Positions 10,001 through 20,762 are shown, counted from the first letter of the stretch. The stretch is 64,000 bases of DNA from an uncultured delta proteobacterium (GCA_963848135.1 CAWKCK010000007.1:1-64000); one strand, 5' to 3'. The notes: generated by a model not told the origin, from the letters alone. Made by a program: numbers and translations.

Positions 10001-11471
10001 GACACTCAACATCCTGATGCAAATCTTCTTGGACTTCTGGCTGCTCGTCGTTCCAACCGCCGCAGTCACCTGGTTCGCCGCCACCTTCATACCCGGCGGA
10101 GAAACAGAACTCGCCAGTGAATACTTCATGATAACGCCCCTGCATGAAATTATCTGGCACATGGGCCTCTACGCGTTCATCACTACCTGGGTAACCGTCG
10201 TCCTGATTTCATTGCTGGGCTGCCTATTTCTTCGCTGCACCACTGCCTCTCCAGGGCTGTATCCCTCGCGCGGGATCAAGGCCGCTCTTCTCATGTACAG
10301 GCAGAAGAAGATGAACCAGATCCAGCGCCTTTGGACCTGGACCATTACCGGGCAATACCTGCGCGCACTCGCTGGCGTGAGTTACACGCGCGTGGGTGCC
10401 TCGGAGTGCGACGTCATGTTCGACCTCGTCCCGGAACTTACCAGCGCCGACTCCCAGGTGTTCTGGTCCCATGGTGGCTTCACGAACATGCTCGATTACG
10501 GCGCCGAGCATGTAAAGCTTCGCCAGCTCGACATGCCCGCGAATTTCTTCAGCGGTAATAATTGCGTCGCAGAATCCGGACACTTCCCGACCAACTTCCT
10601 GCTGGGAGTGTCCACGCCGGGTAATGATATACAGTTCCGGCGCCAGATGCAGTCGCGACTCGGCGAACCCATCACTGTGGCTGGAAACCCGCCAGTTAAA
10701 TTTGCGAGTGCGAACTTCGAGGCAGAGAATGAATCCCATCGCTTGCCGAGCTTCCCCCTCTTCCTGGCGCGCATCTTACTGAATGACATTTTCAACAGCG
10801 GCATTCTGCACATCGCCAATGTAGTTGTCTATGTAGTTTGGTACGCCATCCTGCTGCGGTTGGGCACACACCCGGTCGTCAGCGCGTTCATTGCTTTGAT
10901 TCTCGCAGAGGTCGTCCTGGTTGTGTCCTGCGCCGTAACCAAGAAGCTCCTTGTCGGCAGTAAATGGGGATCTGCTCACTCAACACCGTTCTGGTCCTGG
11001 CGGCACTTCACCTACTTCTTCGCGCAGGACTGCTTCATCGCCTGGTGCAGGATTCCTCTGGTAATTCTATCCGGGACGGTGCTGTCGAATATTATCCTGC
11101 GGTGGATGGGGTGTCGGATCGGCAAACGGACCATTCTAACCTGGCCTATGCAGGCCTCCGACTGGAACGCGGTAAGCTTCGGCAACGATTGTATTATCGG
11201 CGGCATCCTGCAGTTTCACACCCTCGAGAATATGATGCTGAAGGTGAAGTTAACCGACATCCAGGACGGCAGCACCGTCAATTTCGGCGCAACGGTCATG
11301 GGCGGTGCGGTCATCGAGCCTGAGACAACGCTCCTGCCGTTAAGCATGGTCCTGAAGGAGATGCACCTGCCCACAGGGATTTACTGGGGTAGCCCCACGG
11401 AGCCTTGTAAGCAGAGTTCAACACTCATCTCCCCTTGTCACTCAGCCACAACCAAGCAGCGGGCATTCTAA
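7072..11471 (+). CDS. Pls/PosA-type membrane-bound single-module NRPS (TM-A-T-terminal TM domain), frameshifted
   Basis: A-domain motifs LTFAELD, YTSGTTGMPKG, YDGS, NTYGPTE, GELCIGG.VARGY, FRTGD and SGKIDR. T-domain GGHS. C-terminal TM blocks with PGVYPKWS, LGATVG, WEGAPA and WGSP. ORFs 7088-7861 and 7458-11471 join by removing one C at 7455-7457. Start uncertain. Confidence 0.88.
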
Positions 11472-11530
11472 GATGTCTGGAGAGGCACCTAACGACACAG
11501 AGAGCCGGCCATCGAGGCTCACGATACCAG

Positions 11531-12262
11531 ATGAGTAGAGACGATAGCGACCGAATCAAGGAGCTCTTCGCCGCCAACTCACGCGAGTTGACACCGGCAT
11601 CCGCGCTTCATGCGGCTTGCGTGTTGTACGCGCCGGTTTCCCACGATCCCGAGGTGTCGAATCGATGCGCGTCAGTCCTGTCGGATACCGAGCTGCAGAG
11701 GGCGAACCGATTTGTAACCGAATACGACAAGACCCAGTTCAAACAGCGTCGTGCATTTCGTCGCTTCTGCGGCGCCACCGCGTTCGGATCGTCGCGGCCC
11801 TTATCGCGGATCGTTTTCGAGAAGACGGAACACGGGCGGCCCTACCTTTCCGAATTACCGGATTTATGGTTTAGTTTTTCCTCCTGCCGGTTCGGTTTTC
11901 TCGGGGCGTGGTCGTCGACACATGGGATCGGTGTCGATCTCGAAGATGAAACGAGGAATCTGGAGGCTGTAGAACTCGCTCATCGGTTTTTTTCGGGAGT
12001 CGAGGCAAATACTATTGAAAGGGTAAGCGGCTTTGAGCGCCTGCGGACTTTCCTCCAATTCTGGAGCCTCAAAGAAGCGGCGTTGAAATCCATCGGGGAG
12101 GGATTGCCCTTTGGCCTCGACGCTTTCGAATTCGAGTTGGACCCAAATCTGCGTGTCGTTCGTGCGCCCCCTGACCACGGCGGACCGGAGCAATTTGATG
12201 CCCACGTGATCGACGGAACTGACAATAGTTGCGCTGCTCTTGTCACCCGAAGCTTGACCTGA
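11531..12262 (+). CDS. Sfp-type 4'-phosphopantetheinyl transferase
   Basis: Motifs HGRPY, IGVDLE and FWSLKEAALKSIGEGL. Directly follows the NRPS. Confidence 0.92.
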   Translation: MSRDDSDRIKELFAANSRELTPASALHAACVLYAPVSHDPEVSNRCASVLSDTELQRANRFVTEYDKTQFKQRRAFRRFCGATAFGSSRPLSRIVFEKTEHGRPYLSELPDLWFSFSSCRFGFLGAWSSTHGIGVDLEDETRNLEAVELAHRFFSGVEANTIERVSGFERLRTFLQFWSLKEAALKSIGEGLPFGLDAFEFELDPNLRVVRAPPDHGGPEQFDAHVIDGTDNSCAALVTRSLT

Positions 12263-12375
12263 CAGCTACGGCATTGCCCCCTCTATGATTTACACGTCTA
12301 AATGACGCCTCAGAGATTTCAGCCCATGAACGTGCACGAAACGGCAAGATTTTATGAGCCGCCAATAGATCTTAC

Positions 12376-13227
12376 ATGAGCCCAGAGATGCACGACGCCA
12401 CGCGTTCGACGTGCACACCTCACGCCGTCGACAACACTGACTGGCTGAAAACAGCCGCAATCATCTTGGTCGCGGTTGACCACATCGGCTATTTCTTTAT
12501 AGAAGACGCCCAATGGTGGAGCGTTTTCGGGCGCCTTGCGGCTCCGGCGTTCTTCTTCCTTCTGGGCTTCGCGCAGACCCGGACCGTCCCGCTCAACTGG
12601 ATCTGGCTTGGTGCCATTCTGACTCTGCTCGACAGCTGGAACGCCGGCTGGACCTGGGTGGCACCGAACATTCTTTTGAGCTTCGCGCTTATCCGCATTG
12701 CACGCCCCTATGTGCGAATCCTTATGCAAAATCACGGCTGGGCAGCTTTCACCCTCCTCGCCTCCGCACTTTTAGCGGTACTGCCGATAGCGGCGAAGAT
12801 TGTCGATTACGGCGCGGAGGGATGGCTGTGGGCCCTGTTCGGCTTATACCAACGCATGTATATCGACGGCAGATTAGCTACCGAAGTGGACGGCACAACC
12901 CAAAGCATAGCATCGCCCACGCATGCGATGACAGAAAACGTGGGCCTAATGCGTGTGCTGGCCTGCTTTCTAGCCGCGGTCGTCTACGTCTGGCAGGAAC
13001 AAAAGGAATTCTCGTTTTCTCAGATCCATTTCGCCGCGCTCATTCTCGGTGTCGGCGTTTTGTCCCTTAGCCTCTGTCTGTTCCTGCGCGGTCCGAGCCG
13101 AATTCAGCCGCCAGAATCCATAGCCATCGCCCTGCGTTTTATCGGCCGGCGCACTCTGGAAATTTACGTCATTCAGCTTGCCGGCTCCGAACTCATTATA
13201 AAATTGGTGCCCGATCTCGCCCCCTGA
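12376..13227 (+). CDS. TraX-family membrane protein (putative acyltransferase)
   Basis: DWLKTAAIILVAVDHIG, FGRLAAPAFF, NIL and DYG motifs. Multiple TM helices. Confidence 0.7.
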   Translation: MSPEMHDATRSTCTPHAVDNTDWLKTAAIILVAVDHIGYFFIEDAQWWSVFGRLAAPAFFFLLGFAQTRTVPLNWIWLGAILTLLDSWNAGWTWVAPNILLSFALIRIARPYVRILMQNHGWAAFTLLASALLAVLPIAAKIVDYGAEGWLWALFGLYQRMYIDGRLATEVDGTTQSIASPTHAMTENVGLMRVLACFLAAVVYVWQEQKEFSFSQIHFAALILGVGVLSLSLCLFLRGPSRIQPPESIAIALRFIGRRTLEIYVIQLAGSELIIKLVPDLAP

Positions 13228-13312
13228 CCACGGTGGACAGAAGCAATTTGACGCTCACGTGATAGAGGGAACCAAAGGTTGCGCAACTCTCGTCACCCGA
13301 AGCTTGGCCTGA
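13218..13312 (+). repeat. diverged second copy of the PPTase 3' end (12165-12262)
   Basis: Both copies begin CGCCCCCTGACCACGG and end GTCACCCGAAGCTTG(A/G)CCTGA. Confidence 0.9.
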
Positions 13313-13338
13313 TGTCGCGGTAAAAATAGCCGTTTGCA

Positions 13339-13379
13339 GAAAAAGCCTTCCCAGGAATCTCAGTTGGAAAGGCTTTTTC
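13339..13379. terminator. bidirectional intrinsic terminator
   Basis: GAAAAAGCCTTCCCA...TGGAAAGGCTTTTTC between convergent genes. Confidence 0.75.
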
Positions 13380-13444
13380 AGATAGAGGCCCTAAAATGGT
13401 GGCTCAGGATCTACGCAAACGGCTTGACCTGATGGACTCCGCCG

Positions 13445-13834
13445 CTATTTAACCTTTATTGATTCCCACAAGGCGCTGTCTGGACAAGCAATCTTTTCCT
13501 GATTCCGCTTGTCTACTTCCGCAGCCGGAGAACCCGCGTAGTTATCCCAGAACTTACCCCACTCCTCGAAAGAAGGCGCGACGACAACAAACCAGACGTC
13601 AGCTTCACCGATGGCATTGACCGCAACCGGGAAATACACATAGGCCTCTAACCGCTCACCGCCCGCCATTTTCTTTGCAGCCTTGAGCCACTCCCCAGCC
13701 ATGGCTGTCACTTCCTCCTCAGATGCGTCATCGTCTATCTCGCATTTCCACATCTGCGTGGCTTCAGCCGCGTAGGCCGGAGCGGCTACAATTATCAGCA
13801 TGAAAACAAGCATCAACCGCACGAAGGTGTTCAT
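13445..13834 (-). CDS. secreted hypothetical protein
   Basis: RBS AGAGGAGGA, signal peptide ending APAYA, two Cys. Confidence 0.8.
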   Translation of the reverse strand: MNTFVRLMLVFMLIIVAAPAYAAEATQMWKCEIDDDASEEEVTAMAGEWLKAAKKMAGGERLEAYVYFPVAVNAIGEADVWFVVVAPSFEEWGKFWDNYAGSPAAEVDKRNQEKIACPDSALWESIKVK

Positions 13835-14104
13835 CACGTATCCTCCTCTTTTTAGTTTTGCCAATAATATTAAGCAAGAACGAAAGACTCTTGCCAACGA
13901 AAGTAATACCAATCGATTGGGCACCTTTCTGTAAATCCGGTGTATCCCCCCTATTGCCGGTTGATCAAAAGACGACAGGGCGTCGTTCAGAGGTCTGCCA
14001 GCCTTCTGAGATTTCCATCAGCACGGCAGATAATAGGCGCAAACAGGTGGCTGCGATTCTCGGGGTGGTGGGATTCCTACCTATAGGTTGAGCCCTATCT
14101 CTTA

Positions 14105-14311
14105 CCTAATTTGAGCGATTGTCGAGGTTGCTGCAGATACAAGGAAGATGTCGTTCCGCTATAGTCATCTATGCGGAACGGCATATGACGCCGTAGATGC
14201 GGCAAGGTCGGCAATCCCAAGGGTTTCAAATTTTAAAATCAAACTTTGATAGAAATCCTTATAAATAAAGCAGTTCCCCCTCCATTTAAAATTTGAAACG
14301 CTCACTTTAGG
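14105..14311 (+). mobile_element. MITE family A, copy 2 (207 bp)
   Basis: TIRs CCTAATTTGAGCGATT / AAACGCTCACTTTAGG. TSD TCTTA at 14100-14104 and 14312-14316. Confidence 0.9.
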
Positions 14312-14625
14312 TCTTATACAGCGCTTACCGAAACCGCTTATTGACACAGTGTTGAGCAATATAAGGTTTTGCTTCAAAATTACAAGATTATTGCGGGACG
14401 ATGGATAAAACACTGACAATGGATCTGTATTAATTTCACGGATGACAATAAATGGAATAGTCTGGAGAGATTTGATCTTCCAATTGCATCTGAAAAATCA
14501 AATCCCGCTATTAAACCAACGATATTGATTGACTGCAACCGTCACCACATTGTTGACTTTCCGCGCCAAAATTTATATTGCTGAATGCAAGACTGCGTCA
14601 TAATTGACGAAAGAAGGTGAAAATA

Positions 14626-15621
14626 ATGCCCGCCACAAAATACGCACGCATTTCATTGATATTATGGAATATTATAAGCTCCTACGGCATTGATCCCGAG
14701 CCTTTGTTTTGGGAAGCGGGTATAAATCCCGATCTTATGAAGCAATCCGGAAAACGGTACAGGGTGCGGAAGGTTAAATTACTTTGGCAAAAGGCCGCCA
14801 AGGCTATCAAAGATCCCTGCTTCGGCCTCAAAGCGGCTGAACTATGGCACCCATCGAATTTCAGCGCCCTCGGCTATGCGATGCTGGCGAGCGCCACCAT
14901 ACGGACCGCGCTGGAAAGAATGGAACGCTATTATCACGTTATTTCTGACGAAAAGGTTTTAGAATTGAAAGATGCGGAAGAGGGCCTGAGGTTGACTTTG
15001 GTCTTCAGCGATATGATGCACGATATTCCGGAAAGAAATGATGCCTCACTGGCCGTGATACTGAATATTTGCCGGGTGAATTATTTAGAAGATTTGGCAC
15101 CGGTTTCGGTGACCTTGGCTCACCCGAAACCAACCTGTTCTTCCAAATATTTCGAGTATTTCAAGTGTCCGGTAACCTTTAACGCGCCGGTCAACGCCCT
15201 CACGTTACCATTTGAAACGGTCGATAAGGCACTGCCAGGATCCAATCCCCAACTTGCTGAACTCAATGATCAGTTGATGATCTCATATCTTGAAAAACTC
15301 AATCCGGATGATATTACTCAAAAAGTTAAAGCCGTGGTCATTAATCAACTCCCTTCGGGCAATGTTACGGATGAAAGCGTCGCAAAGGCCGTATACATGA
15401 GTAATCGCACATTACAAAGAAAACTTGAAAATGCCGGTACGACCTTTAAAATACTCCTGAATGAAACACGGCAGGATTTAGCGAAGCAGTATTTGAGAGA
15501 TCACGACACCAGTATGACCGAGATCGCCTTTTTGCTCGGCTTTTCAGAAAACAGCACCTTTTCGAGGGCATTCAAACGGTGGACGGGGGTATCTCCGAGC
15601 CAATATCGAAAGGCATCATGA
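14626..15621 (+). CDS. AraC family transcriptional regulator (OruR-like)
   Basis: MSNRTLQRKL and EIAFLLGFSENSTFSRAFKRWTGVSP. N-terminal LGYAMLAS ligand domain. Confidence 0.93.
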   Translation: MPATKYARISLILWNIISSYGIDPEPLFWEAGINPDLMKQSGKRYRVRKVKLLWQKAAKAIKDPCFGLKAAELWHPSNFSALGYAMLASATIRTALERMERYYHVISDEKVLELKDAEEGLRLTLVFSDMMHDIPERNDASLAVILNICRVNYLEDLAPVSVTLAHPKPTCSSKYFEYFKCPVTFNAPVNALTLPFETVDKALPGSNPQLAELNDQLMISYLEKLNPDDITQKVKAVVINQLPSGNVTDESVAKAVYMSNRTLQRKLENAGTTFKILLNETRQDLAKQYLRDHDTSMTEIAFLLGFSENSTFSRAFKRWTGVSPSQYRKAS

Positions 15622-15622
15622 A

Positions 15623-15673
15623 AATAATCATCGCTCACCCACCATTATAGCTGGTGGGTTAGCGATGATTATT
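15623..15673. terminator. hairpin after the AraC gene
   Basis: AATAATCATCGCTCACCCACCA...TGGTGGGTTAGCGATGATTATT. Confidence 0.65.
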
Positions 15674-15820
15674 ATGATTATTCGTATACGATTATTGGCC
15701 GTACTCCACCGTCTCCAATTCGGAAGAAAAATGTGATTTTCTATCATGTTTACTTCCGAATAGGGCGCAAGAGCAGATTATACCCATCTGCAAGAGCAGT
15801 ATTGCTTCTCAATGCCGAAT

Positions 15821-16009
15821 TCAGGCGATCTCGAGTTCCGGTCGAATCTCATGCAGACGCTCTCTGGCCAAATCACGCACTTGTGGATCCGTGTCCTTTA
15901 CCATTACCTGTTTCAGCAATTCCACATTGATTTCTTCCCTGACAGCCTTCTTGCGAACTTCGGGATCCGAACGACTGATTTTTGGCAGAAAAAAATCCTG
16001 GAACTTCAT
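15821..16009 (-). CDS. small HEAT-repeat-like protein
   Basis: SDPEVRKKAV and DTDPQVRDLA repeats, purine-rich RBS. Confidence 0.7.
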   Translation of the reverse strand: MKFQDFFLPKISRSDPEVRKKAVREEINVELLKQVMVKDTDPQVRDLARERLHEIRPELEIA

Positions 16010-16107
16010 ATGCTTCACCCCCTTCCATTATTAAAATTGGTTCTTCTCCGATTTAGTTGGTGTATATTGATGCGAAGCTTATGCATGAATCATAGCGTTT
16101 TTAAATT

Positions 16108-16310
16108 GGCCGCCCGCTCACTTCGCTCGCTCGACAGACGCTGAAGGACACAGACTTTTGCCTCCGCGACCTGCGGAGGCAAAACAAGCCGTCGCTACGC
16201 GAGGCCACCTGCTTTTCTGCCTGAAAGGCATGCACCTTTTACCCGGGCAAGTCGCCCGGGTAAAAAGGGTTTGTCTGCATTATGTCTGCGTGCATCTGCG
16301 GTTAATTTAT
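16108..16310. repeat. multi-hairpin intergenic element
   Basis: Hairpins TTTTGCCTCCGC-N5-GCGGAGGCAAAA and TTTTACCCGGGC-N5-GCCCGGGTAAAA, plus TCTGC repeats at the right end. Confidence 0.6.
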
Positions 16311-16388
16311 ACTTTTATTTTAGTAAGATATGAATAATGTACCCGTAAAAACCACCAACTTTTTTGGAGATGATCTTTAAATTTTTGT

Positions 16389-16665
16389 TCACAAGGATCC
16401 AGACTCCCTCAATGTGAGAACGATCTCCGATTGCGCTCTCAACGTTTCGGCGATCTCCAGGGCCGTCAGCCCACCGATATTCTTCGCATGAACGTTGACC
16501 ACATTTTGGACCAGAATTTGGACAATTTCCGGGTTGTTCCGATAAACAGACTTCCTTAAAGCGGTCCACCCCTCTGATTCCTGTAAATCGAGGGCGGCAC
16601 CATTTGCAACCAGAACCGCTACAATACCGGCATGCCCGCTGTCTGCTGACCACATCAACGATATT
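16389..16665 (-). pseudogene. ankyrin-repeat gene, 5'-truncated
   Basis: LMWSADSGHAGIVAVLVANGA, GWTAL and GLTALEIA. No proper start. Confidence 0.7.
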
Positions 16666-17101
16666 ATTGCTGTTCAGGAGAGTCCGATTAGAGGAAGGAA
16701 TTGATAACGGATCAAGTAAGAAAATGATGAAGAATAGGCGCTCTGCCAATAAGCTGGGGAGATATTCCAGCAGAGTTCGAAAGGAGGATGATTGATCTGT
16801 ATCCGACCAAGTGAAATATAGTATTTATATTGTAAATAAGTTTTACCAACGAGTGTAAATGTCAAGGGTGTCGGTAGAAGAAAAATGACTCTTAATACAT
16901 TTATTTCGGGGAGTTTTCATTAAACGGAGCGTATGAATAATCTGACGACCAATCCAGCGCGAAATGTTGGCAACTGGTTTACTCATGCGACTGACAAAGG
17001 GTGGGCCGTCCAAGAAAAGAATCCTCAAGATTTATAATTGAGATGATAGATTTTGCCTGAGAGTTTCATGAAACATGCAGGCCAACGGCGTGTTGCTATC
17101 G

Positions 17102-17908
17102 TCACTTCTGCGCAATATGAATAACGGCAATCCCGTTTGTCAGGCGTCGCCAGGTCACATGCTTGAAGCCGATGTTTTCCAGAATATTCTTCAGTTCCTC
17201 CGGCAAGGGAAACATCCGGATCGATTCCGGAAGATGCGTATACGCCGCGCGGGAGCCGGCCAGCACTTGACCCAATAACGGCATGATATGCAAGGAGTAG
17301 AAATCGTATAGCTTACAAAAATACGGATTTGCAGGCTTGGAAAACTCGAGACACATCATCTTGCCGCCCGGTTTCAGAACCCGCAGAATTTCGCTGAATC
17401 CCTGTTCCATGTGGGTGACATTGCGTATCCCGAACCCCACCATGGCCGCATCGAAACAGTTGTCCGGAAACGAAATCCATTCAGCATTGCCCTGCACGTA
17501 CTGAATCTTCTTTCTGATATCGACGTTGGTATTTTTATAGCGGCCGGCATCGATCATCGCCCGGTTGATATCGTAAACGGTAATTTGCCCACTGGCGCCG
17601 ACACGCCGCTTGGCCATTATGGCCAGGTCGCCTGTGCCTCCGCAAACATCGAGCACCCGATGGCCGGGTTTAAGGCCCATCAAGGCAATCGCTTCTCGTT
17701 TCCAGAGGTAATGAATGCCGAAGCTCAATAGCGTGTTCATGAAGTCGTACTGACGCGCAACCGAGTTGAAATGCCGCAGTACCCACTGGGTCTTTTCGTC
17801 TTCCGGCACCTTCTGATACCCGTAGTTGGCCACTTTCGCACGGCGAATCATATCATCGGTATGAAATTGCCGGTCCTGTTCATCACCCCATACGTTTTTG
17901 ATGACCAT
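17102..17908 (-). CDS. ubiE: ubiquinone/menaquinone C-methyltransferase UbiE/MenG
   Basis: YDFMNTLLSFGIHYLWK, VLDVCGGTGD, FGIRNV, RVLKPGG and LEFS. Confidence 0.95.
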   Translation of the reverse strand: MVIKNVWGDEQDRQFHTDDMIRRAKVANYGYQKVPEDEKTQWVLRHFNSVARQYDFMNTLLSFGIHYLWKREAIALMGLKPGHRVLDVCGGTGDLAIMAKRRVGASGQITVYDINRAMIDAGRYKNTNVDIRKKIQYVQGNAEWISFPDNCFDAAMVGFGIRNVTHMEQGFSEILRVLKPGGKMMCLEFSKPANPYFCKLYDFYSLHIMPLLGQVLAGSRAAYTHLPESIRMFPLPEELKNILENIGFKHVTWRRLTNGIAVIHIAQK

Positions 17909-18139
17909 ACTCTCACATACCCCTTTCGGGTTTCGTATTTGTTCCGGGTTTTGATATTCGAATTCTGAATATATTTGGGCCGCATTTCCCCGGATCGGTT
18001 GATCTTCTCCAGCGCCGCCAACGGGGGCGGAAGGTGAAACTTCGGTCCGATATATGATGCGCGTTTTACGGCCTATATCAAAACCGACTTATGAGTACCA
18101 GTTTTATCGTTAATTTTCGATTGACATCCCTTCCACATA

Positions 18140-18817
18140 TCACGAGAGCCCCTTCACGATCAGTGACAACCCCATGGCGATCATCAGCAGTCCGGCGATA
18201 ATGTCCGTTTGACGCTGATAGCGACGGGCCAGCGCCGTCGCACCGGTGCCGATGAGTAACAATCCAGGTAAAGTACCGATGCCGAAAACCGCTAACATCA
18301 GTGCCCCCTTGAGCGGCGCACCGGCCGCAAGCGCCCGGGAAAACGCCGCGTAGGAAAGCCCGCAGGGCAAAAGTCCCATGAGAAGTCCGGTAAAGAACAT
18401 TTCAAGCGTCTGTTGATTCACAAAAGCCAATCGAACGATCCGCCGGTATCCCGGTACCCTGTCCGGCGACACCAGCAGCATCCACCGGGGCTGCTTGAAA
18501 ATCCCAAGCTGGCAGAGACCGAAATAGAGTAAAAACAGCGCCGCCAGGAGCGACAAGACGACCTGGACCCGGGCCATAGACTGCAGATGATCGCCACCTG
18601 TCGCCGCTGAAATTATGACCAACCCCGCACCGGCACTGCCCATGAGAGCACCGATCCCGCTATAGGTGACTAAGCGTCCGAAATGGTAATAGACGTGGGG
18701 CGAGAATCGGCCGGTCCGACCCGGAAAAGCCACTACCAGCGGACCGCACATCCCGACGCAGTGCCCCGTACCCAACAAACCGAGAAAGAGTAACGATATC
18801 AGGTCGATGTCATCCAT
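18140..18817 (-). CDS. DsbD_2 / TauE-SafE-like membrane protein (cbb3 biogenesis-associated type)
   Basis: HCVGMCGP, GRLVTY, GLLPCGLSY and FGIGTLP. Confidence 0.88.
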   Translation of the reverse strand: MDDIDLISLLFLGLLGTGHCVGMCGPLVVAFPGRTGRFSPHVYYHFGRLVTYSGIGALMGSAGAGLVIISAATGGDHLQSMARVQVVLSLLAALFLLYFGLCQLGIFKQPRWMLLVSPDRVPGYRRIVRLAFVNQQTLEMFFTGLLMGLLPCGLSYAAFSRALAAGAPLKGALMLAVFGIGTLPGLLLIGTGATALARRYQRQTDIIAGLLMIAMGLSLIVKGLS

Positions 18818-18966
18818 GGCAGCATCCGATATAGAACATTTAAGATTGACAGTCCATGTAAATTTCCTTTACTTGTACCTAACCTGAGCGATTGTCACGG
18901 GAGGATTCCTTATATAAACGGTCCTCCCTTTTGAAAACTGGAAGACTCTGATAATGTTGTCACATC

Positions 18967-19620
18967 ATGAAGCTTGAGGTGCCAAGCCCGGATATCGTAG
19001 TGCATCCGGCAGCATTATTCGTTCAAAATCGTACGGAAGCACGCCGGCGTTTGGCGGTGCCCAATCGCATCCGGACCGGTAAGCGATGTTCAGCCATACT
19101 CTGCCTTGGGGTAATGATAGCCCTGCTCTTTTGGGTTCCAGTCTGGCCCGCCGGTCCCGGGAGGGGTCCCGCACCCGGCCATAAAACGCTGGACTCAAGT
19201 GGTCGGATGCAAATTGGAGCCAAGGATCGCTGCCCTGTATGTGGAATGAGAGTGGCCGATTACGTTAAATTTTCCAGTGCCATCCAGCTATCGGACAATA
19301 CAACCCACTATTTTTGTAGTTGCGGCTGTATGCTGCGCGCCTGGCTACACCCGAACATTTTTCTGGCAGCGACCCGAGAAGACTTGAATACACCAGTAGT
19401 CAGAGAATATTTCACCGGTGATGAGCTGGATGGCCGGAGCGTGTTCTGGGTGGCCGGTTCGGATGTCGTCGGGCCCATGGGCCCGGCACTGGTTCCCGTA
19501 AAGGGTAAGCAGGCGCTGGAGGCCTTTAAACGTCGCCACGGCGGCAGGAGCGTTTTTTTGCTGCAGGAACTAGACCCTGACAAATGGTTGGTAATCACCG
19601 GTCGAAAAGCAGCCAAATGA
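18967..19620 (+). CDS. nosL: NosL family copper-chaperone-like protein (true start probably downstream)
   Basis: CPVCGM, YFCSCGC, VAGSDVVGPMG and AFKRRHGG. Confidence 0.85.
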   Translation: MKLEVPSPDIVVHPAALFVQNRTEARRRLAVPNRIRTGKRCSAILCLGVMIALLFWVPVWPAGPGRGPAPGHKTLDSSGRMQIGAKDRCPVCGMRVADYVKFSSAIQLSDNTTHYFCSCGCMLRAWLHPNIFLAATREDLNTPVVREYFTGDELDGRSVFWVAGSDVVGPMGPALVPVKGKQALEAFKRRHGGRSVFLLQELDPDKWLVITGRKAAK

Positions 19621-20762
19621 GCACGTCTTTTCCGGGCTCGTTGTTTTTCTGGGCTGTGCGTGATTTGAGACGCCGGCCGCTGGAAAGCTGCCTGCTCACC
19701 GCTGCACTGCTGTTAACCGTAGCGCTTACCGCGACGCCACTACTATTCACCCAAGCGGCGACAACCACCTGGGATAAAATTCTCGAGAGTGCACCCTCTC
19801 TGGTAATCCGGGAATTCAACGCCATGGGTTGGACACCCCTGCCCGCCGACGAATCCGTTGCCATCGCCAAAAATGTCACAGGCGTGATCGCTGCCCGTGC
19901 GCGTGTATGGGGACACGTTGCCGGACCGTCAGGCCTTCTCACCGTTATCGGCATTGATCCCAACCGACCGCCGCCATGGGCGGCCATGGTACCAAATAAG
20001 GGCGAAGTTGTTGTCAGTATCGACATCGAAAAGGAAATCGCCGCGCCCGAATTGACCGTTATCGGCCAAAAAGCGGCGACCTTGAAGGTCATCGGCCAAT
20101 TTACGGCGCACACGGATCTGGCGGTGAACAAGGCCCTTTTGATTCATATCGAAAATGCCCGCGAAATCCTGGGATTACCGACCGGGTATGCCAGCGATCT
20201 GGCCGTCGATGTCTTCAATCCAGCCGAAGAAGCTGCGATCCAGCCCGATCTGGTGGCTGCTTTTCCCCGGCCGGTCCGGATAACCTCCCGCACCGAAACA
20301 GCCGGCATCCATGCCGCCGGGTTGGCACGCAGGGGCGGTATGGCCTTGGCGACCCTGGTTCCGGCCCTTCTGGCGCTCTGCCTTCTGGTAACAGTCACGG
20401 TCAGGGAAAGACTCGGTCGCCGCTTTGAAATCGGGCTGCTCAAAACCCTCGGTTGGACCACCGGTAATATTGCCACCCTTCAGGTGCTGAGAGCCGTTGC
20501 GCTCAGCGTTACCGCCATGGCCGCGGGCATGCTTGTCGCTTTCATTCTTGTTTACCATCACGGTACATATTGGCCAGGGATCTTCTTTCCGCAATGGCAA
20601 GCCCTGCCGTCCCGGTTGGCATTTCATCCATTGGACCTCGCCTTGCCGCTGATAGAAACTACCGGTCTGGTCGTATTGCCGTTTCTGGTGGCAACCCTCG
20701 GTACGACGCTCAGGTGTGCCGTTTCCGATCCCGGGGAAATGCTCGAAAGGACCAATTTCTGA
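19617..20762 (+). CDS. FtsX/LolE-like ABC transporter permease
   Basis: TM, periplasmic domain, three TM layout. RRFEIGLLKTLGW. Confidence 0.88.
   Translation: MSTSFPGSLFFWAVRDLRRRPLESCLLTAALLLTVALTATPLLFTQAATTTWDKILESAPSLVIREFNAMGWTPLPADESVAIAKNVTGVIAARARVWGHVAGPSGLLTVIGIDPNRPPPWAAMVPNKGEVVVSIDIEKEIAAPELTVIGQKAATLKVIGQFTAHTDLAVNKALLIHIENAREILGLPTGYASDLAVDVFNPAEEAAIQPDLVAAFPRPVRITSRTETAGIHAAGLARRGGMALATLVPALLALCLLVTVTVRERLGRRFEIGLLKTLGWTTGNIATLQVLRAVALSVTAMAAGMLVAFILVYHHGTYWPGIFFPQWQALPSRLAFHPLDLALPLIETTGLVVLPFLVATLGTTLRCAVSDPGEMLERTNF

Noticed and set aside
12376..13227. traX as evidence of a conjugative element
   Set aside because: No other tra/T4SS genes or relaxase present.
13930..14095. 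Possible riboswitch upstream of the secreted protein gene
   Set aside because: Small hairpins only. No recognisable cobalamin, TPP, SAM or c-di-GMP core.
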